The notes under the pieces are model-generated. The model was not told the DNA's origin. It searched no databases and saw only the letters and a program-made list of their open reading frames with translations. Below are positions 1 to 13,839 of a stretch of DNA of 64,000 nt, piece by piece; position 1 is the first letter of the stretch, and the number at the start of each line of letters is the position of its first letter. This DNA is from Bilabrum cf. latius (taxonomy: Eukaryota), in NCBI GenBank assembly GCA_965178125.1, contig OZ237741.1, forward strand, positions 496,001 to 560,000, given 5' to 3'. Position numbers and translations under genes: made by a program.

Positions 1-248
1 CGGGCGGTTCGAGGATGCGGCGGATGCCTCTCGGGGTTCAGGATGCCTCTCGGCGCCACGACAGGGCTGTCTCCGGCGTCAAGCAGAGCCTAGCGCTGCT
101 CCTCCATATCCTACTCATGACCACAGAAAGACCCATCGGCATGCACGTGCGCATGTACCGACGCGAACGAGGCGAATGCAGCAATTACTGAAGCTAGCGT
201 CAGCATCGCTCTCTGCGTCCATCTCGTGAACAGGTCAAAAAGGGACAT
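1..248 (-). CDS. 5' part of a secreted protein (signal peptide, H..CGH motif reminiscent of a metalloprotease propeptide); runs off the window
   Basis: ATG at 248; MSLFDLFTRWTQRAMLTLASVIAAFASFASVHAHVHADGSFCGHE*DMEEQR*ALL...; open to base 1 if two TAGs are sense. Confidence 0.45.
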
Positions 249-1612
249 ATTATAGATACACAGGCCCATTATGACTAATCAATTGTTAAACGTGACTAAA
301 ATCGCAAGATCGCAGGCCGTTGCAATCTCAAAGCAAGAGCTGGGAGCCTGGTTCTGTGCAAGCGAGCACCACGGCATGATTCACGGTACACAGGCACGGG
401 CAGGTGTTTCTCGAATCCCAGACCGACCAGAAATGAACTTACAGATAGTAAGATGCGTGCTGTGGGACAGCTAGCCAGCAGAATTGATTATTGCCGTGCT
501 TGAGGCACTCAAGTTTTTGACGACCCGCCTGTTGAATGGTTGTACGAACTGTATTACAGCGGTTGCAACTGAGATGCAAAACAGCACGTAACCCACTCGC
601 GACTGCACGGTGCAGTGAGCAGTCTGCACCGCTTGCACCGCGGAAGTTCAACTCGAAACGCATCGTCTCAGTGAATCAAGCAGTTGGGACCTTAAAGCTG
701 CGTCTTCAGGGCCAGCCACTGGCGTCGATTACGGCAACCTCGCAGCGACCATGCAAGACCCTCAGCAGGACTCCGAGCCGCTCAGCCCCGCCATTGACGA
801 GATTGAACCCGCTGCCTGGGCGCTGATCATCGCCGCCGGGAGCGGTAGCGGCACCGTGCTGTCCGAGATGCGAGCAGGCCTGCAGCAGACTGCAGGCATC
901 AGCATGGACTACGTCGAGGACGGCAGGGGAAGAGCGCGGGGAAGGGTGCAGCGGTGGCCATTGCCCAGCCCCAGCCCCAGTCCGACTTCGAGCCCGAGCC
1001 CCACGGCCAGCAGCAGCATGCTGCCGCCGAGAGCGAGCAGAGCCCCGACCTCGCCTCGCCCTCGCCCTCGCCGCAATAAGGTCCTTGTCATATTTGCAGT
1101 CTCGTCAATAGTGATGAGCAACGGCTGGTGATTAATTCGGAGCAATACAAATCTATACATTTGAATGCACTGTGTTCAAGTGCCTTAACCAGGTTTCGCG
1201 GGCTTGCAATGTCCGGATCATCAGGGCAGCCCCATACTATAGTAGTAGCGGGGTCCTGAACAGGCTGGTCGCTTGCACAGTGTCGTGCACTCTGGCGATC
1301 TGCAGCAATCGCGAGGTTCAAAGCAAGCCGTAGAACACTCTAGTCGGAGGTCCTGCTTCGCATGAATTTGCCCAAAAGAGCAGCAGTGGGTTGGATGGTC
1401 GTGCGACCACGCCCGCTGTGTGCGACCCTCGAGTTGCCTGATGAGGGTCGGCTCCGATTCCACTGATCCGGTCCACGCTTGTAGCTTGCAAGCGCCATTC
1501 CTATCCCCTCATAGTTGTCGACGCACTCCTAGTGAAAACACTAATCACTGCTTGCACGCGCGGTCGTCGGTGATTGGCTCTGCAAAGCTGGCAGTGCAAG
1601 GTTCGGTTGAGC

Positions 1613-4600
1613 ATGAAGTCCGTTTCATGCGCGTTGCTTTGTCTGGGCATCGGGTTTGTGTTGGCCCAGGACAGCTGCACAGTATCTACTAGTAGTGTGG
1701 CATAGCTAGTGGTGACCGAAGCACGAATGTAGCAGTGTTTCGAAGCAATGCATAGGAATTACACCTCTTGGTCACAGTCCGCAGAAGCAATTGTGGCAAC
1801 CGCAAGCCAGCACGCATATATGGACCTGTAGCGGCAATCAGGGCCCCCATTCGTGTATAAGCTGTAGACGCTTAGGAGCCTACGAGCACTTGCATGTGCT
1901 GCTCGAGTGCTGGACGGTTCTGCCAGCGCTGCGTAGAGGCAATTCGCGCTAGATAATGGCGGGCTCTGTCGACAAGACTCATCTGCTTCACTCTAGCCTG
2001 GCCTCCCAACTCAATGCATTGATGCAACAACCTCGACTTTCCAGTTCTATGACGCTCTCTCGCGGGTGATTCAGCGCCTCGATGACGCGCACGCATCGGT
2101 TACCAAGCCGGCTTGCTTCGCGTTCCTGGCGTTTGTCCCTGCTCGCGCCACGCCGTTTCACGACGGCGAAACAGGAGAATTACGCATGTTTCTATCCCGC
2201 TACTCGACGTTTACGGAATCGCTGGCGCCCTAGCTGCTGTCGTACGTGCCTGCAGCGGCACCTCTGCCAGCCAGCGCAGGCACCTGGTAGTTCTACGAGA
2301 TCGCGGAGATAAACAATCAGTCGGCAGCAAGCTATGTCCTAGACCTCGTCGAGAGAGAATCCAGACCCCTCTCGGGATACGCGCACGACCGCGCCTCTCG
2401 GGTTTCAAACGCCGTGCAGGGGGGGAGTGCCTTCCTGCGGGACCTCAGGTTTGAGTCCATGCCATCGCCCAACGACAGCACCATGCATCTGGGACTCAGG
2501 CGGTGTCAGGGACCTGAAAGCATCGTAAGGAATGCCATCGGATCCAGCGGTTCCGCAGGCGACGGGCAGGCACCGCTCGACCAGAACAGCTTTCGGATCG
2601 GAGTCTAGTCCGGTGTGTCATGTGACGAGGAGGGTGCACAGCTGCAGCATGTGTCCGTTGAGTTCGTGTACTTGTTTACGGGCCAAGACATGCCTGCTGA
2701 TGTGACGGACTTGGACTCGATGTGCGCGGCGGGAGCGCCCTCCTCTGGGTTGGAACCAGCTCGAGTAGGAGCAGCGGAGAGCGGGGGCAGTGCCTTGCCT
2801 GCGAGCGGCAGCGACGATCGCGCGCAAGCTGCCACCAACTCGAGCGGCAGCCCGTCGCAGAGACAGCAGCCAAGCCTGCAGGGTAGCAAGAAGTGGTTGA
2901 GGCGGATTTCCATGGCGGCTCGCGAGCTGCAAGCCACAAGGGTCGCGTGTAGGCTGGACAGCAGCTGCCGGGGCGCGGTCTCAGCATCCTTGGCGGGGCG
3001 GGGGAGGAGACAGAGGAGGCACGCGACTGAGCTGGAGTGGCTGGTGGGAGGACGAGACGCGGCCCGTAGGACAGCACAACGGGTGCTGAGCAGACTGGAA
3101 GAAGCAGCTGCGTCGGCGCATCGGCAGGACTCAACGCGTGCAGAAAGGCGAGCTGCTCTATTGGACGACGCCGAGGATCCACCCGTTTCGGAATACGGCA
3201 TCGATGAGCTCCACGAGCTCTCCAGGATCCTCTCAGGGAGGGCCCCGCGCCACCCGGGAAGCTCGATGCTCCCAGCCGTGGTGAGGCGCATGAAGGCTGG
3301 GGCGACTCTTCGCGTCTCTGCTCTCCAAGCGAGGCAGCTGCAGCGCCGGGCAGGCAGGTCTGCAGGCATGCGCAGGCTCCAGTCGGAGTCGGAGTCGCCA
3401 AGCAGCAGCAGCAGCGGCGTGTCAGGAGGGCGCATCGATGTGCTTCGGAGCTTCAACGAGGACGATGGGCTGGGCGTGTACATGGTCACGCTTGAGATCC
3501 TCCCCCCCGCGCTGGCTGCGGTTTCGTCTCCTCTGCAGCAGCGGATCATCGTGCTGGATCTGACCACCTTCCTACCTGCAGGGGTGCTCGAGTGCCTGAA
3601 CGAAGAGTCGCTCCCGCAGGGGCAGACTGCCGACGAGTGCTTCAACAGCTTCATCGCAGGCTTCATCGCGGACGGTCCAAACCGCGCCCTCACAGAGATG
3701 GAGGAACAAGGGGCCGATGCGATCCTGGTAGATCTCTCCTCCAACGGCGGCGGGCTCATCGCACTCGCTCAGGCCACCGCCATTGCCCTGACACCCGTGC
3801 TGGGGAACAACCCCGCCCTCGCCGTGACCACCGTCGAGCTGCGGCCAACCGAGCTTCTGACGCTCGCGGCCAAGCGGTTTGAGGAGCAATCGGTGTCCAG
3901 CGATGACCTGGAGCACTTCCCCGGCGCTGGTCTCACAGACCCGTCCGACACGTCGCTAGCAGCATCCGAGGGCCAGCACGGATGGGGCTTCCTCTACGAT
4001 AACGAGGCTGGCACGAGGCTCCCAACTCGACGGCACGGGGGCTAGGGCTACAAGATGACCGTCCCTGTGTTTCCCGTGCCCCCAGCGGCCGCGGCTTCGC
4101 TGGCAGCGGACGAGGACGGCTTCATCCGGTATCCCGTGGTTCTAGACAGGTCGACTCTAACAGCTGTGACCGACGGCATGTGCGGGTCTGCATGCTCGCA
4201 GTTCCTCAGGGTGCTCAAGGACAACGGGCTAGCCACTGTGCTAGGGGGCAGTCCGGGGCGGCAGCTGTCTCTGTCATCGTCCTCGGCGTTCTGCGGAGGA
4301 TTCGTGACCTCTTCCGCCATTGCCGACACGATCGCGTGGCTGGAGGAGGCGGAAGAGGTGGCCGGGTTTGATCCCGGGACCGCTCTGTCGCAGGCGGGAG
4401 TGCCTTCCTTCGCTGACGACCCGGAATCAGGAGTCGTGTTCTCCATTGTGGCTCCGAATTCCACGCTGGAGCTGGGCATCACGATCGGAAGCTCGCTGAG
4501 CCCCTCGAGGCCAGCGTGGCCCATCCAATTCGATCCCGCGATTCCCGACGGGCAGGACGAGACTCCGTACTTGAATTCGCTGGCGGAACCGTTCGCCGCG

Positions 4601-5152
4601 CTTCGTATGGTAGCTAGCGCGGCCGAAACGCAGCCGGCGGGCGGCATGGGTGGGGCTGCTCGATTGCTGTGGGCGAGCGCTGGGATCGCCATGGAGGAGG
4701 CCCAGGCGGCGGGGAGGCAGGGTGGCATCGGTGATGCAGCGAGGGAGGATCGGCTGCAGGTGTGGGTGGTCGTCCTGGCGATCATGGTGGTGCTGCTGGG
4801 AATGGCAGTGATGTGGCTTGCGTGCGCGGCATGCACTGCTGGCCGCGCAGGTGTGGATCACCAAGCACTACCAACAGCCGGAGCAGCAGCTGGAGCAGGA
4901 GAAGGAGAAGGAGGAGAAGGAGGAGAAGGCAATCGATCGCAGGGAGTGCCGGTCGATGCGGGTCACCATCGCTAGGGGCATGGACATAATGGCAAGGGCA
5001 ATGGCAGTGAGGGTGTGGGGACGACGTCAGGCGCTAGTGGGCCAAGGCAGCCTCAGGTGGCTCCTTAGGGTGGCTACAGTGCCGGGCCACGCGGAGCATC
5101 AGGTGCTTCATCCACGGGCGGCGGTCGCAGCAAGCCTGCAGCATATGTTTGA
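1613..5152 (+). CDS. Secreted/membrane-anchored peptidase S41-family protein (~1179 aa)
   Basis: One frame from ATG 1613 (signal peptide MKSVSCALLCLGIGFVLAQ) to TGA 5150-5152 with ~12 in-frame TAG and no TAA/TGA. Motifs FYDALSRVIQRLDDAH, LVDLSSNGGG, VTDGMCGSACSQF; C-terminal TM helix. Joins track ORFs 2414, 2615 and 4055. Confidence 0.8.
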
Positions 5153-5339
5153 TTTATTTATCCTGGGACATGCATACTCACGGCGGCAAATGCAGGGGTA
5201 TGTATAAGAAATAGAGTGGAATGCAAGGCGCAAGTTCATTTTCGTCGCATATCGGCGAACGTTCGTTTTTGCGGTTTCGTCGTCAGTTGCTCGCGGGAGA
5301 TCCCAAGGTTCCATAACTTCAACTCAATTTGGACAAGAC

Positions 5340-7717
5340 ATGGCAGCAGCAGCCGGTAGCGGATCCGAGGTTGACGTGAAGAGTATCCCCACTGCTCCGG
5401 AAGCGGTACTTAAGTCGCTTGAACTGGAGCGTTGGGGGGTAAAGGTTGGCGCTGCGCGGGTGTTCCACAATCTGAATCATGCACAGATTCGCGCGATTAT
5501 GAAGGACAGAAAGGAAGCCGTGGCCATCGATAATGGAACAATGGTTGTAGATACCGGTGAGAAGTGCCTTTTTACATCCTGTACTTCAGATTGGCCCGAT
5601 ATACGTGCCCGCACCTTGTCGATTGATCCCTGATGGGTGCTCGATGTGGCGGTCAAATCACGACCGTTCTTTCTTAGGCGGATGCTAGATTCAGCTTAAT
5701 CATTAACTTTCATACTGCAGCCCCATTCTGCGGTCGAAGCCCCACGGATAGGTGAGTTGTATGCCTGAGCATTTATATCGTCCTGCTACATAGGAAGCAG
5801 GCAGATCCAAATGGCAGAGTGCGGGTATTTGGACGCCAATACACATCGCATTGGTTCAAGATGTGTCTTGGCAGTCATCCTGAGACAGTGTCGCACTTCC
5901 ACGTGGCTGCGCCCAGCTGCGTTATAATCGCTTTTGATTGGCGCAACGATAGTTTCGCCGAGTTTCTGTTAGCGCGAGATGGCCGATGGTATTGCAGGTT
6001 TTTGCCCCAATACGATGTGGTCAACAACTTTTGGCTTGTGTCCGCACGCCTAAAGCTCGCGCCTTGTCGCCTGCATCGTTCCTGCACACGTGTATCGATC
6101 GACCTGCCTCGGCATGACAACGCATCCGGTGATCTGCCCATCCTTTGCTCTGTAACGGCTCTCGCGCAAGTCCATTGATTTCACCGACGCGATCGCAGAT
6201 TCTGGGTAAAAGAAGGCCCCTCCGCGGAGCACATTGACTGGGGGAGCATCAACCAGCCCATCGAGCGGAGCAACTTTGACGCGCTGCACAAGCTCTCGCG
6301 CGAGTACCTGTCCAAGTCAGGCACGCTGTTCGTCTTTGACGGCTTCGTTGGCGCTTCTGAGGCCTCTCGCATCCATGTGCGGGTGGTGACCGAGCTCGTG
6401 TGGCAGCACCACTTCGTCACTAACATGTTCCGGCCGCCGTCGACGCCCGAGGCAGCTGCCGAGCTGGCCGCCGCCAAGCCGGACCTCGTCATCCTCAACT
6501 CGTGCGGCGTGACCGATCCGGACTGGAAATCCCACGGCCTCAACTCGGAGGTCTTCGTGGCCGTGCACGCCGACGAGGGCCTGGCCGTGATCGGGGGAAC
6601 AAGCTACGGGGGTGAGATGAAGAAGGGGGCCTTCTCCCTGATGAACCTTCGCTGCCCCCTCAAGGGGGTCCTCACCATGCACTGCTCGGCCAACAAGGAC
6701 CCGGAATCGGGGAACACGGCCCTGTTCTTCGGCCTCTCCGGCACGGGCAAGACCACCCTCTCGGCGGACCCCAAGCGCCTCCTCATCGGCGACGACGAGC
6801 ACGGCTGGGACGAGCACGGGATCTGGAACCTGGAGGGCGGCTGCTACGCCAAGACGCTCAACTTGGACCCGGAGGCCGAGCCCGACATCTACAACGCGAT
6901 CAAGCCTCCCGGGGCACTCCTGGAGAACATCAAGATCAACGAGGACGGCAGCCCCGACTACGCCGACGGGAGCAAGACCCAGAACGGGAGGGTCTCCTAT
7001 CCCCTGAACCACATCCGGAACGTGGACCCGGAATCGAAAGGCGAGCACCCCAGCGTGATTGTGTTCCTCACCTGCGACGCCACTGGCGTGCTCCCCCCCG
7101 TCAGCAAGCTCACGGCGGGACAGGCCCAGTACCACTTCCTGTCGGGGTACACGGCCAAGGTGGCCGGCACTGAGAGGGGCATCAAGGAGCCGGTTGCAAC
7201 CTTCTCGCACTGCTTCGGGGCGGCGTTCATGCCCCTGCACGCGACGGATTACGCTAAGCTCCTGGCCGAGAAGATGGAGAAGCACGGGGCCAAGGCCTAC
7301 CTGATCAACACGGGGTGGTCCGGGGGTGCCTACGGCGTGGGGCACCGGATGAAGATCAAGGTGACGAGGGCGTGCGTGGACGCCGTGCTCAACGGATCTA
7401 TTGAGAAGGCTCCCACAACAACGTTCCCCATCTTTGGGCTGCAGGTCCCCACCGAGCTGCCCGGTGTGGAGGGCAAGGTCCTGGACCCAAAGAGCACCTG
7501 GGCCGACGGTGCCGCCTTCGATGAGCAGCTGGCCAAGCTCGCCCTCAAGTTCAAGGAGAACTACAAGCAGTACCTCCGCGAGGACGTGCCCGATTTCTCC
7601 ATGCACGGGCCCCAGCTCGAGTCTGAGGGCGGCGTGGCGGGCGCGGGCAAGCCTGTGGATGGCGCCAAAGGAGGCATGCCGTCGGCGGGCGCTGCTACCG
7701 GCGGCGCGGGCCAGTGA
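5340..7717 (+). CDS. pckA: Phosphoenolpyruvate carboxykinase (ATP); exons 5340-5556, 5721-5751, 6199-7717
   Basis: Motifs GRSPTDR (across exons), YGGEMKK, MHCSAN, FFGLSGTGKTTLS, LIGDDEHGW, EGGCYAK. GT-AG introns keep phase; ends TGA TGA. Confidence 0.95.
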
Positions 7718-7972
7718 TGAGACCGGCAGGTTGAGCGCACTGAGGTGGCGTATCTCGGGGTGTGTGCCATGTGTTTCGGCGGTCGCGTCGTTGGAAATGG
7801 CGTTTAGGTGAACATGGAAAGAGAAAGAAAAGAGAGATAGTGGCGCGGCTCCGGTCCTGTGATTGGGATCGTAGTGAGCCGGACTGCGGCCGTTTGGTTG
7901 GCAGTCCTGTCGTCGAAGGTTGTTATGTTTGTAGCAGAGAACGCGACTGCCGACTGCCGCAGGGGGGGGGCA

Positions 7973-8332
7973 TAGCTTGCCCCCTCTCGCGGCATGGATG
8001 TCGGCACCAGAGCCTGGATTCTGTTGTGCTCGCACGGCGATCCAGTTTTGGTATGTCTTCGGACTGGTGCACGTGAATTGAACTCGATTGTAAAATGCTT
8101 CTATGTCATATCCCGAGATCCATTCTATGCAAACAGATCTTAATAGTTACACATAATGCAAAGCTTGCTGCGACGATCGAGCAGCTGCTCCGCCGGATCC
8201 TGGACTCCAACAGGACCTGGAGTCAACCATCGTCGCCCATGGCCTTCTTCATGTTCTCGAGGTTACGCAAGGACTTTCAAATCTCCTCTCGCTTTCTCTC
8301 CAAGCCGCTTCCGAGCTCGCGCACTTCAGCCG
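7973..8332 (-). repeat. Displaced, diverged copy of the 3' end and downstream region of the coiled-coil gene (partner 14841-15153)
   Basis: Alignable direct repeat from tagcttgc..ctctcgcggcatgg to gcacttcagccg, with substitutions and indels. Confidence 0.9.
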
Positions 8333-8897
8333 TGGCCTGATGATGCCTGGGATAGCCGTCTACGGGCAACTGTGTGTAGCGCAGACGCTGTGGCCCGGGG
8401 CGGATTGTGCTTTCTCTTCGAGCTGTGCATACTGGCATGGTGGACTTGACCTTTGTGTAGCCGTGCCGGATCGAAGGGAACCAGATCATCTATACCATGC
8501 ATCTGTATGGAGTGGTACTTGGGTGCCAAACACAATGAATCTCCCGAGTCGTGTGCCACCTTGCACCGTTCGAATCTCGCTTACTAGCGATACCCTGATC
8601 CGTCATGCGTGGATGCGGCTCGAACTGCCGTGAAAGCGAATAGTACACTTTGCAAGTACCCACCGTAGAAACTTGGCTACCCATAGCACATCCTGCCGTG
8701 CCCATCGACCTCCCTCCACAACTTCAGCCACAGCTGGGTGACTTGCGAATCAGCAGTGTCGGAGCAAGAGCAAGATCAATCGCATCGAAGGCTGACTTCG
8801 TCCAAGGTGGTGATGTACAACACAATAATGGAACAAAGTCTACGTGACGATCAAAGTGAGTCGTGAGCAAACATTCTGCAAGGCTTCTGCGACTCGA

Positions 8898-11800
8898 TCA
8901 CTGCCAGCGAGCTCTTTCCGCCAAGCAGGAGGGGTCTACAATCCTCCCGGCAGGCATCAGCTCGTCTCGGAGATCATGCTCAAGTTTTTTGGCTGCAGTA
9001 GATGCCGGCAAGCCTCCCCTTCCAGCCTCTCGTCTGGCTTTCATGCGCGCATCCAGCACACGAGCATCTGCAAAAAGGAACTACTGAAAGGCATCTCCGG
9101 TTAGAAGGTGCAGGTTGTCGTAGTCGATCACGAGTGGATTAGTTTTGGTCTTCTTTGTAGCCCCAGCGGCTGTACCTCCCGGTGCGTCTCCCCGGGAAGC
9201 CCTGTCGAAGACCCTTTCAACATCGTCTGCAAGGGGACGAGGAGTTGCCAGTAGACGGTGAGTGACCACCTGCGACTCATCCACGTCAAGCAACGCAGCA
9301 TATCGTCGGCGAGCCATGCTAGACTTGTTCTTGCCCAGAAAGGTCTTAAGATCAGCCATATTCACAGGGCTGTATCCGCTCTTCACCTGGATCCGAACCA
9401 CGTGATACTTGGGCACCGTGTCCGTCTGGCTTGCTTCTGGATCCTCTTTGAAGATCATAGTCAGATCTCCACCAAGCCTATCAGGCTCTTCCTTCAGGAC
9501 CTTATTTAGCAGCTCGTTTTTCTAGCTTGGCAGCTTGATGGCCTTGATCTTCGAAACAGCAGGCACCTTGGCTACGTAGTTGCCCTCGAAGCAGTTGCAC
9601 CGGTCGTGATCCACGGCGAACTCGTCCGTCTTCCAGACCGACTCTGGTAGTGACTTCAGAAGGTCTTTCTGCAGGACTTTCGACACAAAGTTGCGATGCA
9701 GCGACTCGGCAACCACAAGCTCGTAGTCATGACCTGGGATCATCATTGCCCAGAACTCGCGCCGAGTCAAGTAAATTCCCCGGCGAACATCGACGGCATG
9801 TGACAAGAACGCAAAAAATCCACTTAAGAACTCGAGCGAAGCAACTCCAATGGGGTTTTCCTGCGGATCACGAGGTACTTCGGCTGCGGTCCGATACCCG
9901 ATCAGTTGCTTGTTGCGCCACCCAGACAGCTTCATGAGAAACCCATCCTCAGTGAGCATGACCTCTTCTCTATGCTCTCGGATCATATTTTCCTTGTATC
10001 TGCGATGCACTGCATCCACCGAAACTTTCGGAGGAGCCTTGAAGGGGTTTTGCTCGAGCTCCTTGTACCAGTCAGGGTGCAACTCGTTCAGCTCGTCCAG
10101 CATTGCAAGCGTCACATCACGGAAGCCGTCCTCATTGTTAGACAGGCAATTCCTCCACTATTTCAGCGTATCGTGCAGGTCTGTCTCTCCACTTGATCTG
10201 TCGTTTATGCCGAGAAGGCTGCGAGCCAAGGACCCCGTCTGCCAGAGTCGGGCTTGCACCCTGGCTCTGGAACCGTATGCTGCGCGCCTCACCGAATCAT
10301 CGCTTAGCGCCCTGGCTGCTGATGCGAACGTTAGCCTGCTGGGTGTTTGCTGTGCCTGGTTTGGGTTACAGTCTCCAATACCCGCTGCCAGCTCATGTCC
10401 TTGGGCAGTATCTGAGCCAGAGGACAGAGGCTCGCCTGAGTCTGTAACTGCATCCTCATGCAATCGAACTACGCTACACACATACTCCACACTAGGATAC
10501 ACCATCTGTCCGATATCCGACCAAGTCGTGTTAGAGCTAGCTAAATCCTTCGGCACCTTGCTCAGTTCAAGCGCGAGTGCCAGCACCACGTCCTCTGGAT
10601 GCACCACGTCCACCTGAGCTGTCACTGATGCGAGAGATGGCTCATCATCTGATATTGCAAACGTCGGGACCCACTTAGAATCTAAGCTCTTGTTACTAGA
10701 CTCGAGCTGCCGGGTCATCATGAGCAGCATCTCTATATCCGTGTACTTGTACTCCAAAAATCTCGGTCGCATCTTTGACCGCTGCAAAGAGTATGCTGAC
10801 CTCTCGTAAACGACGTCCCCCAAGTGGGACGCAGTGCCGCTCAGCAACATCATTGGAAATGATGGAGTGAAAACGATGTCATCAACCGAATCCCAGAACA
10901 CTCTTTCTTGCGCAGTATAGTCGTGGGGATCCGAAATTGTCCTTTTGGCAGGACCTGAGCTCAACATTTCCTGGGCCTCATCGATGACGAGCGTGCAGTC
11001 GATCTATCGCGTACCTAGCCATTGCAAAGCATCTTTAGCTTTAAAGGCGCCTAGGGCTGGCACTGCCCAGTTCGGCAAGTCTGGATCCTACAGCAGGCCC
11101 TGCTGGTGCAGCCCTGCAGCAAGGATCGCGGTGGGTGGCGCTCTGGTCAAGGTGGTCTACATACCACCAGTCGGATTCTCCAATATCATCCCAATGTGTA
11201 TCTTGGAACCCATCGGGGCTTGGCCCTTGTAAGCCCACCCAATGAGTTGCCTGCAGAGCACCACGTTCAGCAACAACTGCGTCTTGCCAAACCCCTTGAA
11301 CCCCATCAAGACCCCGCCGCGCAGCAGCTTGGGGTTCTTTTCAAAGCTCTGCAATATGAGAGTTTGGAGCATGTCCTCTCGCTCCGAGCCAAGCCCAGTA
11401 TCAACGATTGGCAGGATTTGCAGTCCAGGCTAAGGCACCTTCGTGTCGGGTTCGACGGCATCCAAAAACACCAAGGCATCGCCAATGAGACGGAGGCAGT
11501 CCCGCAAAGCACACGCCATAGAATAACTGTGCAGCCCAGGCCCCGTCCTAACGATGTGCTGACGGACGGCCTCTTCCAGCGTGTCCGCCTTGAAGTAAGC
11601 TGGCACTTCGAAGCCTGCGTCGGTGACTAAACTGCTCACCTTAGAGACAAATTCACCTACGTTTGGGATAATTACATTGCTAGTGTCATCCAGGTAGTTC
11701 GAAGGAGGCATGCCTAGATTCTGCAGATTCTCCTCCGCTGCCTCTTTAACTCTGTGCATTGCGGCAGCGACCCTGCTCTTCAAGGCCTGCAGATCCTACA

Positions 11801-12401
11801 CAGCTTCTTTACTTTTCAGGTACATGAGCACATTCATATTCTCCAATGATGCTAGGATCCCGCTCTCCGCTACCCTCTATTCTCGAGGGCTGCGACTTCT
11901 CATGAACGCTGCAACGGACTTCTGCAACTGGTCTCGGATGTTCTCTTTCTAGGGATCGATTCGTCGAGCCACCGTAATTGCACCCCACTGGTATGCAACA
12001 ACCGAAATGTTGTCCACAGAAACGTCGGAGTTTTCTGCTAACTCCTCCTGTACAAGCTGACTGAAGTCCGATGCAAGCAATACATCGAGTGATCCGGTAT
12101 CCCACCCGAAGTGCAGGTCATGGATCAAATCAATGTCTGTTGAGGCCTCAAATGTGCACGATCTAGAAAAAGATAAGGTGCGATGTGAGCTTAAACGTTG
12201 CCTTGGATGGCAGATTTCATACACTGAAGAACGCAAGGGTTGCAGAAACGTTGCTCTCTCCAGCCTTGCCTTCGGAATCGCGGCGATTGATGCTCGACCA
12301 AACTGCATTCTAATGGAATGGTTCGACACAACTTCAGAAAATGGTTCTTGAATGCTTGAAACACCTTTCCAACCAGCCACATCAAAATAGGCTTCATGCA
12401 C
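8898..12401 (-). CDS. Crinkler(CR)-like P-loop NTPase + PD-(D/E)xK nuclease-fold protein (~1170 aa; start uncertain)
   Basis: Six track ORFs share one frame and are separated only by TAG (~10). Walker A GVLMGFKGFGKT, Walker B TLVIDEAQEM, C-terminal EPDRLGGDL...VRIQVKSG; ends TGA at 8898. Confidence 0.7.
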
Positions 12402-13839
12402 TCACCAAACGGGCATTACGATTACAAGAGGACCGCATGCCCTCCATCACACCAAGTCGAGATTGCCGAACAAGGGATGTTGACAATCTCGGCAACATGG
12501 TAGAGCAACGTGACAGGCTTCGAATGATTTTCTCGAAGTGGATCAGATCGGACCAGACCCCCGCGGGGGGCAGAGCCGGGTGGGGGGGGGTTGGGTGGGG
12601 GGAGGGGGTGAATGAGGGGGTGGAAATGGATTGCGACAGTCCACCCACTCCAAGCACAAATGTGCTATGGCAGCACCACATAGCAAAACGAAGCTGATTT
12701 TAACGCAGAAAAATAAATCGCTTTAAAGGAAGAAAAGGCACAAATGATCGCGACATCTAAGCATAGTACTCAGCGCCAAGGTGTACGAAAATCATCTGTA
12801 TCATCACGAGGACAAGTCTCCACTTACTGAATTGTCAAGCATTATGGGCACTGGAAGTACTCCTGCTGCATTAGGAGACAGTCCCGAGAGAAATCCGTAG
12901 ACTCACTATTCCGTCCATCACTGCATGACTCTCGGAGGCCCGGGGCGCGAAAACCTTTGGCAGTACCTGTGGCCCAGGCTGTGGGTAGAAAGGTTGGATT
13001 CGTTGTTGTCGAAAGGACAGTCACAACTGTGTGGGACCTGTATATCATAAATGAGAATTATATCATTAATGAGGCGAGCCTGGGCAAGACGAATTAGAAT
13101 TGATTTGAAATTTGTGAGAGCTTCCTAGCAAGACAATAGGACAAGATCAGTTGATCTAATCCGAATCTCTTCTTGCCTCTCTCACCGGCTCCTTGTTGTG
13201 TTTTTAACTCCCTGCGGCAGGGGCTGTGTGTTGCCAAACGGTGTTGCCAGATGCTTTTTGTGTGACGACATCATGCGATGCTGAACGGGGAGGGAGTAGA
13301 TGTGAAACGACGACTTGCATGCCTTCTGCTAGTTTATGGTTGAGGGAGCCCTACCGCCGAGCCTATTCGCGCGCCTGGGCCTGTTCCGAGTGCCAGTGGT
13401 CCCCATTCCGAAAGGGTAGGGGGGCTCGGAGCCTCAGTGGCATACATTCGTGAGCCGAGCGCTTCGGCCCGAATTGCTGCCGAAGGTGTAGCAAGCTTGC
13501 ATCCCTCACCAGATGGAAGTGCGGGATGGATGGAGAAATTGCAATGATCCAGGCTCTGCTCAGCGCCTGGTCGTCGCTGCACCGGGTGCTTCGGATGCGT
13601 ATGGCTTCATCCATCGCAGTACGACTTTGCAAGCTCTAGCGTCGCTGTCCACCGGAATGGGCACTTATGTGCACCATGTCTACAGCATGCAGCGCATGGT
13701 GTTGTGTCTGGCGAGGATGGAGCAGAGCTTGTGCAGAACCTGGACGGGTCGCCTTTGTCTCCGGCGCTGTTCTTCGCAGCCATTTCGGGCGCTCTGAAAG
13801 CGACAAATATTGCCCACATGGATGTGTAGTACCTAGTAT

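Noticed and set aside
751-1131. Short ORF with a PSPSP stalk and hydrophobic tail
   Set aside because: May be a surface-protein remnant, but no supportable gene model.
6317-8035. Long antisense ORFs (also 2605-3759, 15204-16271, 52819-54087)
   Set aside because: Shadows of GC-rich coding sequence on the opposite strand.
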